A DNA stretch of 64,000 bases from an uncultured cyanobacterium (GCA_963765575.1 CAVXWZ010000011.1:416001-480000), one strand, 5' to 3'. Shown: positions 9,643 through 20,972, numbered from the stretch's first letter. The notes: generated by a model not told the origin, from the letters alone. Made by a program: numbers and translations.

Positions 9643-10136
9643 TCAGAGCATCGAGCCCAGCAGCTTGCTGCTGGCGATCAGCAGCACCACGGCCAGCAGG
9701 CGGCGGATCCAGGGGGGTGGGATGGCACGGCTGCCGCACCAGGCACCGACCGCCCCGCTGGCCATCACCACCGCCGCCATCGGTGTGATCCATGCCGCTG
9801 GCGGCAGGACCGCTGGACCTGCCGCAGCACCAGGCCCAGCAGGGGCTGCAGTGCAACGGCGGGCAGGGTGATGGCGCCGCCGATGGCGGCCGCGGGCAGC
9901 GAGCCCATCAGCAGCGGCGGCAAGACACCGGCACGGAGATGGCCGGCACGGCGGAATTGCAGGGTGGCGAGGCTGGCAACGAGAACGTTGAGCACCAGCG
10001 CGATCGGTCGAATCGCATTGGCCTGGAAGCCGGCCAGCGCCAGCACGGCGATGTAGCCGGAGGCCCCGGCATGGCCCACGGTGGCGTAGAGACCGGCCAC
10101 CAGGGCCAGCCCCGGCAGCACCAAGGCCAGATTCAT
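9643..10136 (-). pseudogene. TauE/SafE-family permease with internal deletion and frameshift
   Basis: N-terminus LYATVGHAGASGYIA...PIALVLNVLVA; after LLGLVL a different frame gives the C-terminus ...GAWCGSRAIPPPWIRRLLAVVLLIASSKLL*; the central part is missing. Confidence 0.75.
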
Positions 10137-10217
10137 GCCGTGAGCTGTGTCGAGGTCATTGTCAAGCGCTTTTGGCAACGCTCACTGGGGCATCGGTAGT
10201 TCGATGGCCAACGCCAT

Positions 10218-10253
10218 GGCAGTGGTATCGGCAGTGGTATCGGCAGTGGTATC
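10218..10253. repeat. 12-bp tandem repeat x3
   Basis: GGCAGTGGTATC three times exactly. Confidence 0.9.
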
Positions 10254-10421
10254 GCCGTAGCGATGGCCTTAGGGATGGCAATGGAGATGGGGAGGCCTGC
10301 GCAAGCCTGGCTCTCGAAGGCCACCATGGCCGGCACTTGGTGTGTTGGCTTGCCATCAGCAGCTGCGTGCCATTGTGCCGGGCCAGCTATGCGATAGGGT
10401 GCGGTGAGTTATTGAACTGCC

Positions 10422-10790
10422 ATGCTCACCGGTCCCGAACTGCTCGCAAAGGTCAAGGAACTCGGCGATGCCAGTAAATCCGAACTGGTGCGCGAGTGCG
10501 GTTACGTCAGCACCAAGAAGGACGGCACGGAACGCCTGAACTTCACCGCCTTCTATGAAGCGCTGCTGGAGGCCAAGGGTGTGAGCCTGGGCGACGGCGG
10601 TGGCCAGGGGCGTGGTAAGGGCGGCCGCAAGCTCAGCTACGTCACCAAGGTGCAGTTCAACGGCAACCTGCTGGTGGGCAAGGCCTACACCGCCCAGCTG
10701 GGCCTTGAGCCCGGCGATGAGTTTGAGATCAAGCTCGGCCGCAAGCAGATCCAGCTCCTCCCCATCGGCGGTGCCGTCGAAGACGAGTGA
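10422..10790 (+). CDS. Cyanobacterial AbrB-like transcriptional regulator (cyAbrB)
   Basis: MLTGPELLAKVKEL...CGYVS...FYEALLEAKG...VQFNGNLLVGKAYT...GDEFEIKLGRKQI. Confidence 0.92.
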   Translation: MLTGPELLAKVKELGDASKSELVRECGYVSTKKDGTERLNFTAFYEALLEAKGVSLGDGGGQGRGKGGRKLSYVTKVQFNGNLLVGKAYTAQLGLEPGDEFEIKLGRKQIQLLPIGGAVEDE

Positions 10791-10861
10791 GGAGTCGGCG
10801 GCACCAGCCGCGATCGCTTGACCGCCCTGACGCCCCCCCAACTGTCCCTAGCTGCTCCCTC

Positions 10862-10887
10862 AGGCGCCCGAATCCGGGCGCCTTTTT
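10862..10887 (+). terminator. Intrinsic terminator after cyAbrB
   Basis: AGGCGCCCG-AATC-CGGGCGCCT followed by a T run. Confidence 0.8.
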
Positions 10888-10940
10888 CATGGCCAGCGCT
10901 GTCCAGCTCCACCATGACCCCACTGCGCCGGGCCACCACC

Positions 10941-11306
10941 ATGCTGCTCACCACCACGCCCAGCCTTGAGGGCCGCCCCATCCGCCAGGTTCTCGGCCTG
11001 GTGCATGGCGAGACGATCCTGGGGGCCAACCTGTTCCGGGATCTGCTGGCCAGCCTGCGTGACATCGTGGGCGGACGGGCGCGTGCCTACGAATCAGCGC
11101 TGATCCGGGCCCGGGAGATGGCCCTGGACGAACTGCAGCATCGGGCCCGATTGCTGGGTGCCGATGCCGTGGTGGGCGTGCATCTCGACTATGAGGTGCT
11201 CGGCCGAGCTGGCGGCATGATGATGGTCTGCGCCACAGGCACGGCGGTGGACCTGATGCCGCAGCAGGCACCGCTCCTGCCGCCGCCACCGCTGCCGCCG
11301 TTTTGA
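10941..11306 (+). CDS. YbjQ/UPF0145 family protein
   Basis: [11 protein letters not shown]...[22 protein letters not shown]...[12 protein letters not shown]...[10 protein letters not shown]. Confidence 0.9.
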   Translation: MLLTTTPSLEGRPIRQVLGLVHGETILGANLFRDLLASLRDIVGGRARAYESALIRAREMALDELQHRARLLGADAVVGVHLDYEVLGRAGGMMMVCATGTAVDLMPQQAPLLPPPPLPPF

Positions 11307-11373
11307 TGGGCAGCCAGGGTCTGCGGCTGACGCTTGGATTGGCGCTGGGGCTGAGCGGCGCCCTTGGACAGAA

Positions 11374-11685
11374 CAAAGCCCGAGGCACGGGCCCCGGGCT
11401 TTGCCACGCTCGACAGTCAGGATCGGGGTGAATCCCCGGATGGCTGTCTTGGCGATCGATCGGATCGTCAGATCTGGATGGCCAGATCTGTGGGTTCTTC
11501 AGTTGTGGGCGGAGCTGCGTGGCGATGGCCCTGGGGCCATGGCTCTAGCGGGGCTTCCCGTTTGGTCCGGGGCACCTGGGCCGGGGCCGTGAACGGTGCA
11601 ATGGACGGCGACTGTCTGACACGCCGGGGAAGCCAGGAATCCTTTGAGATTGTTGGAGCAGGGTCCGAACGTCAGTTCGCTCCTG
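11374..11685 (+). ncRNA. Candidate structured RNA or cis-regulatory element (unassigned)
   Basis: About 8 closely spaced stem-loops, several needing G-U pairs that form only on the + strand; no credible ORF. Confidence 0.35.
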
Positions 11686-11906
11686 GGTGCCGCTGGGGTG
11701 GGGTGTCGTCCATCACTGGTCCCTCCGAATCCCGATGACCACAGCATCCACCCGCCGGCCCTGAAGCGCAATCGGTGTTTATGCCTGCTGTGTCCACTGA
11801 TGCTGCCCGGATTCCCGCTGGGCTCGGTGCGATCCGTGCTGCGGTGCGATCCGTGCGGCGCGTGGTGCCACCATGGCGGCAGCAGGGCTGAGCTGGTGCT
11901 GAGCAC

Positions 11907-12842
11907 GTGAGGCGCCCCCCGGTAGAGCGGCGCCAGCAGATCCGCTCGGTGCGGCTGCGCAAGCAGGGAGGGGTCTTTCAGGCCGAAGAACTGCAGCGCT
12001 GGCATCGCCACTGGCGCGAGCCCTATCGCTTCATGCTGGCGATCCCCTGGCCGGGCTTTCTGCTGGCGATCGCGGCCAGTTACCTGCTCCTCAATCTCGC
12101 CTTCACGCTGCTCTATGCCCTCGACCTCGGCGGCATCGGCGGGATGCCCCAGGGCCAGCAGGCCACGCTGCTGGAAGCCTTTTTCTTCAGTGTTCAGACC
12201 CTGGGCTCAATCGGCTACGGGGTGCTGCACCCCACCAGCCTCTGGGTGAACCTGGTGGTCACGGTGGAGGCGTTGTTCGGGCTGCTGTTCATCGCCGTCA
12301 CCACCGGCCTGGCCTTTGCCCGCTTCTCCCGCAGCCGGGCCCGCCTGCGCTTCAGCCGTGTGGCCACGATCGAACCCTGGCAGGGCCACCCCACCCTCAC
12401 CTTCCGGGTGGCCAACGTGCGCCAGAACAGCCTGGTGGATGGCCGCATCCGCGCCTCCCTGGCCATCGATCAGGAGAGCGGTGAGGGGCGGTCGCTGCGC
12501 AGTGTGGTGCCCTTGACCCTGGTGCGCGACCAGTCGATCTCCTTCCAGCTGATGTGGACCGTGATGCACCGCATCGATCGCCACAGCCCCCTCTTCGCGC
12601 TGACTAGTGACGATCTGGAGCGGCGCCATGCCGAGATCCTGGTGGCCTTCCAGGGAATCGACGAGATCCTGCTGGCCCCGGTGCACTTCCGCTGCAGCTA
12701 CGGCAGCGGCGACCTGCGCTTCCAGGAGCAGTTCCGCGACATGGTGCGGATGGACGGGCCGGACAGCATCTGCCTCGATTTCAGCCGCTTCGATGAGACC
12801 GAATCCCTGGAGCGGCCAGCCGCTCCCGACCATGGGGGGTGA
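11907..12842 (+). CDS. Inward-rectifier (KirBac-like) K+ channel
   Basis: Two TM helices around FFFSVQTLGSIGYG, then FARFS, PTLTFRVAN and WTVMHRID.HSPL in the cytoplasmic domain. Confidence 0.9.
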   Translation: MRRPPVERRQQIRSVRLRKQGGVFQAEELQRWHRHWREPYRFMLAIPWPGFLLAIAASYLLLNLAFTLLYALDLGGIGGMPQGQQATLLEAFFFSVQTLGSIGYGVLHPTSLWVNLVVTVEALFGLLFIAVTTGLAFARFSRSRARLRFSRVATIEPWQGHPTLTFRVANVRQNSLVDGRIRASLAIDQESGEGRSLRSVVPLTLVRDQSISFQLMWTVMHRIDRHSPLFALTSDDLERRHAEILVAFQGIDEILLAPVHFRCSYGSGDLRFQEQFRDMVRMDGPDSICLDFSRFDETESLERPAAPDHGG

Positions 12843-13791
12843 GGTAGTTGATCTGCGGACCCACCGGTACCACGCCTGTTGGGTTGATCATGGCGTGGCT
12901 CTGGTAGTAGTGACCTTTGATGTGCTGGAGATTCACCGTCTCCGCAACCCCGGGCTGCTGGTAGAGGTCGCAGGTGTAGGCGAAGAGATTGGGGTAGTCG
13001 ATCAGTCGCCTGAGGTTGCACTTGAAGTGCCCCACATACACCGGATCAAAGCGCACCAGCGTGGTGAACAGGCGCCAGTCGGCCTCGCTGAGCACGGAGC
13101 CCATCAGATAGCGCCGGGAGGCCAGGTGCTCATCGAGCCCATCGAGGCTGGTGAACAGGGGGTCGAGGGCCTCTTCGTAGGCCTGCTGGGTGGTGGCGAA
13201 GCCACAGCGGTAGACGCCATTGTTCACCGTGCGGTAGATGCGATCGTTGAGCGCATCGATCTCGCCGCGCAATTCCAGTGGGTAGAAGTCTCCCTGCCGG
13301 GCGCCGAGGTGATCGAAGGCGCTGTTGAACATGCGGATGATGTCTGACGACTCATTGCTCACGACCGTGCGCTGGGTTTTGTCCCACAGCACCGGCACGG
13401 TCACCCGGCCGCTGTAGTGGGGATCGGCCCGGGTGTAGAGCTGGTGCAGCATGTCCGCCCCCTCATTGGGATCCGGCACCACCCCCTCGCCGGGGTTGAA
13501 GGTCCAGCCCTGGTCGCCCATGTACCAATGCACCACGGACACCGGGATCAGCTCCTCCAGCCCCTTGAGGGCGCGCACGATCAGGGTGCGGTGGGCCCAG
13601 GGACAGGCCAGGGACACATAGAGGTGGTAGCGGTCGGCTTCGGCCGCAAAGCCGCCGGAGCCGCTGGGCCCCGCCGCCCCAGCGGCGGTGATCCAGTTGC
13701 GGAAGGCCGCGCTCGAGCGTTCAAAGCGGCCGCCGGTGCTGCTGGTGTCGTACCACTGATCCGTCCAGACCCCATCCACCAGCAGGCCCAT
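12781..13791 (-). CDS. Glutathionyl-hydroquinone reductase (GST omega-like, YqjG/ECM4 family)
   Basis: MGLLVDG.W.D.WY, YHLYVSLACPWAHR, VTVPVLWDK, NESSDII, NNGVYRCGFA. Confidence 0.92.
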   Translation of the reverse strand: MGLLVDGVWTDQWYDTSSTGGRFERSSAAFRNWITAAGAAGPSGSGGFAAEADRYHLYVSLACPWAHRTLIVRALKGLEELIPVSVVHWYMGDQGWTFNPGEGVVPDPNEGADMLHQLYTRADPHYSGRVTVPVLWDKTQRTVVSNESSDIIRMFNSAFDHLGARQGDFYPLELRGEIDALNDRIYRTVNNGVYRCGFATTQQAYEEALDPLFTSLDGLDEHLASRRYLMGSVLSEADWRLFTTLVRFDPVYVGHFKCNLRRLIDYPNLFAYTCDLYQQPGVAETVNLQHIKGHYYQSHAMINPTGVVPVGPQINYLTPHGRERLAAPGIRSHRSG

Positions 13792-13913
13792 GACCGTCGT
13801 TTGCGCGCTGGCGGACCCTAACGGCCCACCACGGCCCGCCGGCCCCGATCGGTGGGTGCTGGAGCTGATCGGAACGGATGTGGGAAGGTAAGGGCCTCGG
13901 CAGGGCTGCACGG

Positions 13914-14354
13914 GTGGATCAGAGCTCCTCGGTGGCCGGTCTGGCCCGCGCCATTCAGCTGTCCGTGGCGCCGGTGTTCCTGCTCACCGGCATCGCCGGC
14001 CTGCTCAACATCTTCACCGGACGGCTCGCCCGCATCGTCGATCGAGCCCGCGTGGTGCAAGTGGCCCAGGAGGACGCCGACCCGTTCCACGCCGAAGGAC
14101 TGGAGCGGATCCTGCAGGTGCAGCGGCGGCGCACCTTTCTGATCAACCGCGCCATTCTCTGCACGGGCATCACCGCGCTGCTGGTGGCTTCCGTGGTGGC
14201 GGTGCTGTTCATCAGTGCGGTGGCGGCCCTGGATCTGGCAGTGATTGTGGTGCCGATTTTTGTGTTGGCGATGCTGTCACTGATCGCGGGCCTGGTGTTC
14301 TTCCTGGTGGAAGTGCAGCTGGCGATTCGTCAGAATCCAAAGCGCTATTACTGA
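13914..14354 (+). CDS. DUF2721-like membrane protein
   Basis: IQLSVAPVFLLTGI...RLARIVDRAR plus three hydrophobic helices. Confidence 0.8.
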   Translation: MDQSSSVAGLARAIQLSVAPVFLLTGIAGLLNIFTGRLARIVDRARVVQVAQEDADPFHAEGLERILQVQRRRTFLINRAILCTGITALLVASVVAVLFISAVAALDLAVIVVPIFVLAMLSLIAGLVFFLVEVQLAIRQNPKRYY

Positions 14355-14497
14355 GCCATTTCACCCCAAGGGCCTTCACCCCAAGCTGCTTGATTCAGCG
14401 GTGGTTCATCCACGGTTCTGGGCGCTTGGTGCTGGGCGCTGGGCGCTGCACCCAGGGCACGACACCCAGGGCACGACACCCAGACGGTTCTTCTGAA

Positions 14498-14571
14498 CGC
14501 CCCCTGTTGGACTCGAACCAACGACCGGCCGCTTAGAAGGCGGCTGCTCTATCCAGCTGAGCTAAGGGAGC
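14498..14571 (-). tRNA. tRNA-Arg (UCU)
   Basis: GCTCCCT/AGGGGGC acceptor stem, D arm TAGCTCAGCTGGATAGAGC, anticodon arm GCCGC-CT-TCT-AA-GCGGC, GGTTCGAGTCC T arm; no encoded CCA. Confidence 0.97.
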
Positions 14572-14669
14572 CCAAGCACGGCCATTCTGGCAACTGAGGC
14601 GCCGCCTGCTCCCTTTGCTGGGCCATCGACGGGGCCTCTAGAGTTGCTGGCTGCTCAAACGCACCGCCG

Positions 14670-15517
<848 letters not shown>

Positions 15518-15539
<22 letters not shown>

Positions 15540-15760
15540 TCCGGCCGGCCCGCCAGCAGGGCCACGCTGCAGCCGCCGCTCACCACGCCCACCGCCAGGG
15601 CCACGCCCACCAGAAAGCCACTGGGCAGGGCTGTGCTGCTGCCCACTCCCAGCCAGAGGCGGGGGCGATCCTCAAGGTTCTGGGCGCCAAGGCAGAGGAT
15701 CAGCAGGAGCAGAATCCCGCCGCCGAGGCTGGCCAGCAGCAGTCGCGCGCGCAGCAGCAT
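15518..15760 (-). CDS. Small membrane protein (LapA/DUF1049-like)
   Basis: Two hydrophobic helices with the LGAQN motif. Confidence 0.65.
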
Positions 15761-15801
15761 GGCGCCGGTGGCAATGGGTCGTGCTGGCTGAGTCTGCCTG
15801 C

Positions 15802-16698
15802 TCAACCGGCCTCCGGCCCGTGCAACAGGGCGTAGAGGGCCCGGCGGCTGTGGCCGCTGCTCTCGGCCAGCTGGCGGGCGGCATCGCGGCCGCTGAGGCC
15901 GCCCGCCACCAGCTGGCGCAGATCGGCCTGCAGGGCCTGAGGGTCCCAGGCGGGGGGCTCGGCCGGGGCGGCACCGCCCAGCACCAGGGTGCATTCGCCC
16001 AGCGGCGGCACCCGGCGGAAGTGCTCCAGGGCGGCGCCCACGCTGGGCCCCACCTGCTGTTCGTGGCGTTTGGTGAGCTCCCGGGCCACCCGCAGCGGCC
16101 GATCGCCCAGCACGGCCAGGAGGTCTTCCAGCAGCTCCAGCAGCCGGTGCGGCGCCTCGAACAGCACCAGCGTGCGCTCCTCGCCGGCCAGCTGCTGCAG
16201 CCGTTGGCGCCGCTGGCTGGCCTTGGCGGGCAGGAAGCCCTCGAAGCAGAACCGGCCGCAGGGCAGGCCGCTGCTCACCAGGGCGGTGGTCACGGCGCTG
16301 GGGCCGGGCACGCAGATCACCGGCAGCCCGGCGGCGCGGGCGGCGGCCACCAGGTCCTCGCCGGGATCGGAGATGCCCGGCAGGCCGGCGTCGCTGATCA
16401 CCGCCACCGCCTCACCGCCGGCGAGGGCCGCGAGCAGCTCGGGAATGCGGCGGCTCTGGTTGTGCTGGTGGAAGCTCACCAGGCGGGGGCCGCGGCCCTG
16501 CCCGCGCTCGCGCAGGCCCAGCTGGTGCAGCAGCAGGCCGCTGCGGCGGGTGTCTTCGCAGGCCAGGCGATCCACCCCGGCCAGCACGTGGCGGGCGCGG
16601 GGGCTGAGGTCACCCAGGTTGCCGATCGGTGTGCCCACCAGGTAGAGCACCCCGGCGGCGGGTTCGGTCCCTGGCGGTGGTGGTGGGGGGCTGGGCAC
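15802..16698 (-). CDS. rsmI: 16S rRNA C1402 2'-O-methyltransferase
   Basis: [39 protein letters not shown]. Confidence 0.95.
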   Translation of the reverse strand: MPSPPPPPPGTEPAAGVLYLVGTPIGNLGDLSPRARHVLAGVDRLACEDTRRSGLLLHQLGLRERGQGRGPRLVSFHQHNQSRRIPELLAALAGGEAVAVISDAGLPGISDPGEDLVAAARAAGLPVICVPGPSAVTTALVSSGLPCGRFCFEGFLPAKASQRRQRLQQLAGEERTLVLFEAPHRLLELLEDLLAVLGDRPLRVARELTKRHEQQVGPSVGAALEHFRRVPPLGECTLVLGGAAPAEPPAWDPQALQADLRQLVAGGLSGRDAARQLAESSGHSRRALYALLHGPEAG

Positions 16699-16735
16699 CG
16701 GGCTCCTGCACAATGCAGGCCCCAGTCTGTTGCCG

Positions 16736-17680
16736 ATGGCCGCCCCTTCCTCCGCGTCGCTGGCGCTTCCCTCCGGCATCGGCCTGGAGGCCCTGCTGGC
16801 GGAAGTGCGCCGCCTGTGCTGGGGCGCTGCCGACATCCTCGGCGCCTACGGCCGGGGCGAGCAGCCCCCCTACGGCTTCCCCCGGGCCCTGAGTGTGGAC
16901 GAGGGCGGCGAGGGTCCGGTGAGCGCGGCGGATCTGGCGGTGAACCGCTGGCTGCTCGATGGCCTCGGCCAGGCCTTCCCCACGGCCGACTGGACCCTGC
17001 TGAGCGAGGAAACCGCCAAGGAGCAGCTCACCCACGGCGTGCCGCTGGCGGCCGAGTGGCTGTGGATCCTCGATCCCCTCGATGGCACCAAAGACTTCCT
17101 GCAGGGCACCGGCGAGTACGCCGTGCATCTGGCCCTCGCCCATCGCGGCGAGCCGGTGCTGGGGGTGGTGCTGCTGCCGGAGCTGGAGCAGCTGTGGCTG
17201 GGGGTGACCGAGCCGCTGGCGGGCGAGCCCGGCCAGGCCTGGTGCGAAGACCGCGCCGGCGGCCGCACGCCGGTGCGTTTCAGCGCGCGGCGGCAACTGG
17301 GCGAGCTGGTGCTGGTGGCCAGCCGCAACCACCGCGATGCCCGCCTGGAGCAGCTGCTGGCGGCGCTGCAGCTGGGCGACACCAAGGCGATCGGCAGCGT
17401 GGGCGGCAAGGTGGCCACGATCCTGCGCGGCGAAACCGATCTGTATGTGTCGCTGTCGGGCAAGAGCGCCCCGAAGGACTGGGACATGGCCGCCCCCCAC
17501 GCCGTGCTGCAGGCCGCCGGCGGTGCCTTCAGCCACGCCGATGGCCGGCCCCTCAGCTACAACACCGGCGATGTGCGCCAGGCCGGCTGCCTGATCGCCA
17601 GCCATGGCCGGGCCCACGGCGAGCTTTGCGAGCGGGCCGCGGCGGCGCTGGCGGTGATCGATCCGGGCTTTGCGGTGTGA
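16736..17680 (+). CDS. cysQ: 3'(2'),5'-bisphosphate nucleotidase, inositol monophosphatase family
   Basis: [22 protein letters not shown] motifs. Confidence 0.88.
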   Translation: MAAPSSASLALPSGIGLEALLAEVRRLCWGAADILGAYGRGEQPPYGFPRALSVDEGGEGPVSAADLAVNRWLLDGLGQAFPTADWTLLSEETAKEQLTHGVPLAAEWLWILDPLDGTKDFLQGTGEYAVHLALAHRGEPVLGVVLLPELEQLWLGVTEPLAGEPGQAWCEDRAGGRTPVRFSARRQLGELVLVASRNHRDARLEQLLAALQLGDTKAIGSVGGKVATILRGETDLYVSLSGKSAPKDWDMAAPHAVLQAAGGAFSHADGRPLSYNTGDVRQAGCLIASHGRAHGELCERAAAALAVIDPGFAV

Positions 17681-17709
17681 CGGGCCTGGCGGAATCAGAG
17701 GACCAGGCC

Positions 17710-19864
17710 TCAGAAGCCGGGCAGCCGGGGTGGCTGCGCGGCTGAAAGAGCCGGCTTCGGGCTGGGGAACGCCACGCAGGGTGAGGTTGATGCGGCCGCG
17801 GTTGTCGATCTCGCGCACGCGCACGGTGACCTGATCGCCCACGTTGACCACGTCTTCCACCTTCTCCACGCGCGATTCGGAGAGCTGGGAGATGTGGATC
17901 ATCCCCTCCTTGCCGGGCAGGATCTCCACGAAGGCGCCGATCGGGATCACGCGGGTGACGCCACCGGTGAACACCTCGCCCTCGCTGACGCGACGGGTGA
18001 GGCCCTCGATGATGCGCTGGGCCTCCTCGGCGGCGGCACCGTCGTGGCTGGCGATGGTGACCACGCCGCCATCTTCGATGTCGATCTTGGTGTTGGTGCG
18101 CTCGGTGATGCCCTTGATCGTGCGGCCGCCGGGGCCGATCACGGTGCCGATCAGCTCCGGATCAATGCGGAAGCTGAGCAGGCGCGGGGCGTGGGGGCTG
18201 AGGGTGTCGCGGGGCTTCTCGATCGCCTCCAGCATCTTCTCGAGGATGTGCAGCCGGGCCGGACGGGCCTGGTTGACGGCCTCGGCGATGGTCTTCACCG
18301 CCAGTCCGCTGATCTTCATGTCCATCTGCAGGGCGGTGATGCCCTTCTCGGTGCCGGCCACCTTGAAGTCCATGTCGCCGAGGAAATCCTCGATGCCCTG
18401 GATGTCGGTGAGGATGCGCACCTCATCGCCCTCCTTGATCAGGCCCATGGCGGCGCCGCTCACGGGGGCCTTGAGGGGCACGCCGGCATCCATCAGCGCC
18501 AGGGTGCTGCCGCACACCGAACCCATCGAGGTGGAGCCGTTGGAGCTGAGGCATTCCGACACCACGCGCAGCACGTAGGGGAAGCTCTCCTTGGGGGGCA
18601 GCACGGGCACGATCGCCCGCTCGGCCAGGGCGCCGTGACCGACTTCGCGGCGGCCGGGGGAGCGCATCGGCCGGGTTTCGCCGACCGAATAGGGCGGGAA
18701 GTTGTAGTGGTGCAGGTAGGTCTTCTCACCCATGGGGTTGAGGTCGTCCATCTCCTGGGCATCGCTGGGGGTGCCGAGGGTGGCGGTGGAGAGCACCTGG
18801 GTGAGCCCACGCTGGAACAGCCCCGAGCCATGCACCCGCTTGGGCAGCACACCCACGGCGGCACTGATCGGACGCACTTCATCGAGGTTGCGGCCATCGA
18901 CCCGCTTGCCCTCGCCCACGATCTGGGCGCGCATCAGCTTCTTGGTGATGCCCTTGTAGGTGTTGCCGAGGGCCTTGCCGGCGGCGGCCAGGCGGATCGG
19001 ATCGTCGTCGGAGAGGGCGGCGATCTTCTGGGCCACACCAGCCTTGATCCCATCGAGCTGGGCGTCGCGCTCCGCCTTGGTGAGGCTGAACTGCTTGAGC
19101 ACCTCACCGATGCCAGCGCCGCATTCCTGCTCCAGGAAGGTGGGCAGGGCGGGATCCAGCACCTGTGCTTCCGGGAACACCTGCTCGATGCCCAGCTCGG
19201 AGAGAAGGGTCTGCTGGGCCTTGATCAGTTCGCCCACGGCTTCGTAGCCGAAGTCGATCGCTTCGATCACGTCCTGTTCGGGCAGCTGGTTGGCGCCCGC
19301 TTCCACCATCACCACACCGGAGGGGGTGCCGGCCACCACCAGATCGAGCTCGGAGCGCTCGATTTCGCGGTAGCTGGGGTTGAGGATGAAGTCGTCGCCG
19401 AGCAGGCCGACGCGCACGGCCGCCATCGGGCCGTTGAAGGGGATCTTGGCCAGCAGGGTGGCAATCGAGGCGCCGGTGACCGCCAGCACATCGGGCGGTA
19501 CCCGCTCATCCAGCGACAGGCAGGTGGCCACCACCTGGAGGTCGTCGCGCAGCCAGGAGGGGAACAGGGGCCGCAGCGGGCGGTCGATCAGGCGGGTGGT
19601 GAGGATGGCGCGCTCGGGGGGGCGGCCTTCGCGGCGAAAGAAGCTGCCCGGGATGCGACCGGCGGCGTAGAGGCGCTCTTCGTAGTCGCAGGTGAGCGGC
19701 AGAAAGTCGATGCCTTCGCGGCCTTTGGAGCGGGTGGCCGTGACCAGCACGGCGGTGTCCCCGCATTCAACCAATACAGAACCCCCGGCCTGGGGGGCAT
19801 ACACGCCTGTGGTCAGCCGGATCTCCCGACCATCGAAGGAGACCGACTGAGTTTGTCCTTGCAC
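17710..19864 (-). CDS. pnp: Polyribonucleotide nucleotidyltransferase (as sequenced the frame runs on to 16610)
   Basis: [37 protein letters not shown] and S1 domains; probable true stop at 17710-17712 is out of frame. Confidence 0.95.
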
Positions 19865-19937
19865 GTGGGCTTATCTCTTTTTGTCAGATTTGATTCTCGC
19901 ATCCGGCCCCCCGCAGGGGGGGCGCTGGCAGCTGCAG

Positions 19938-20240
19938 CTACCAGGACGACTTGACCACGCCGGGCAGCTCGCCCTTGTGGGCGCGCTCGCGCAGCTGGTT
20001 GCGGCAGAGGCCGAAATCGCGGTACACACCGCGGGGTTTGCCGGTGGCCCAGCAGCGGTTGCGCACGCGGTTGGGGGCGCTGTTGCGGGGCAGATTCTGG
20101 ATCTTGCGGTGGATCTCCAGCCGCGACATCGGATCACTGGCGGCCTCGAAGGCGGCCTTGAGGGCAGCGCGCTTGGCGGCGAAGCGCTCCACGGTTTTCT
20201 TGCGCTTCACATCGCGCGCAATCATCGACTTCTTCGCCAT
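19938..20240 (-). CDS. rpsN: 30S ribosomal protein S14
   Basis: [13 protein letters not shown]...[12 protein letters not shown]...[11 protein letters not shown]. Confidence 0.97.
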   Translation of the reverse strand: MAKKSMIARDVKRKKTVERFAAKRAALKAAFEAASDPMSRLEIHRKIQNLPRNSAPNRVRNRCWATGKPRGVYRDFGLCRNQLRERAHKGELPGVVKSSW

Positions 20241-20290
20241 GCGGGCAGCGGATCCAGGGTGAACGCAGGTGACCACCATACCGCCAGGGC

Positions 20291-20959
20291 TTACGCCGCG
20301 CCGCTGGCGGCAGCCATGGAGGCGCCCGTGGGGCAGAGGGCGGCGATCGGGCAGCTGGCGCAGAGCGGTTTGCGGGCGCCGCAGACGGCGCGGCCGTGGA
20401 AGATCAGGCGGATCGAGAGGTTCTGCCACTCGGCGCGGGGCAGCAGCTTCATCAGATCCGGCTCGATGCGGCGCGGCTCGCTGTGGCGGCTGAGGCGCAG
20501 GCGCTGGGCCAGCCGGCCCACGTGGGTGTCCACGGTGACGCCGGCATTGATGCCGTAGGCCCAGGCCAGCACCACCGAGGCGGTTTTGCGCGCCACGCCG
20601 GGCAGCAGCAGCAGCTCCTCCATCGTGCGCGGCACGGCGCCGCCATGGCGCTCGATCAGCAGCTGCGAGGCGCCCACGATGGCCTTGGCCTTGTTGCGGA
20701 AGAAGCCGGCGGAGTGCACGTAGGGCTCCAGCTCGGCCGGCGTGGCGGCGGCGGCGGCGGCGGCATCGGGGAAGCGGGCGAACAGGGCCGGGGTGATGCG
20801 GTTGACCCGCTCGTCGGTGCACTGGGCCGAGAGCATGGTGGCCACCAGCAGCTCATAGGGGGTGGCCCAGGTGAGCGAGCAGGTGGCGTGGGGGTAGAGC
20901 TCGCCGAGGCGCGCCAGGATCAGCGGCGCCCTGCTGCGGGCACTGGCGAAGCGCGGCAT
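20291..20959 (-). CDS. nth: Endonuclease III
   Basis: [22 protein letters not shown]-x6-C-x2-C-x5-C cluster. Confidence 0.95.
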   Translation of the reverse strand: MPRFASARSRAPLILARLGELYPHATCSLTWATPYELLVATMLSAQCTDERVNRITPALFARFPDAAAAAAATPAELEPYVHSAGFFRNKAKAIVGASQLLIERHGGAVPRTMEELLLLPGVARKTASVVLAWAYGINAGVTVDTHVGRLAQRLRLSRHSEPRRIEPDLMKLLPRAEWQNLSIRLIFHGRAVCGARKPLCASCPIAALCPTGASMAAASGAA

Positions 20960-20972
20960 GGGTTGGGCTGGA

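Noticed and set aside
11420..11680. Canonical c-di-AMP (ydaO) riboswitch, cobalamin riboswitch or group II intron domain V
   Set aside because: Only short words match; 5' conserved elements and spacing are wrong. Kept only as an unassigned structured-RNA candidate
10900..14497. Integrative element at tRNA-Arg
   Set aside because: No integrase, and no duplicated tRNA 3' end found by eye
17894..19954. Long antisense ORFs (686 aa here; also 4258-5730, 30361-32037, 41797-43632, 51642-53516 and others)
   Set aside because: They mirror real genes on the other strand; this is expected with high-GC codon bias, and they show no family motifs
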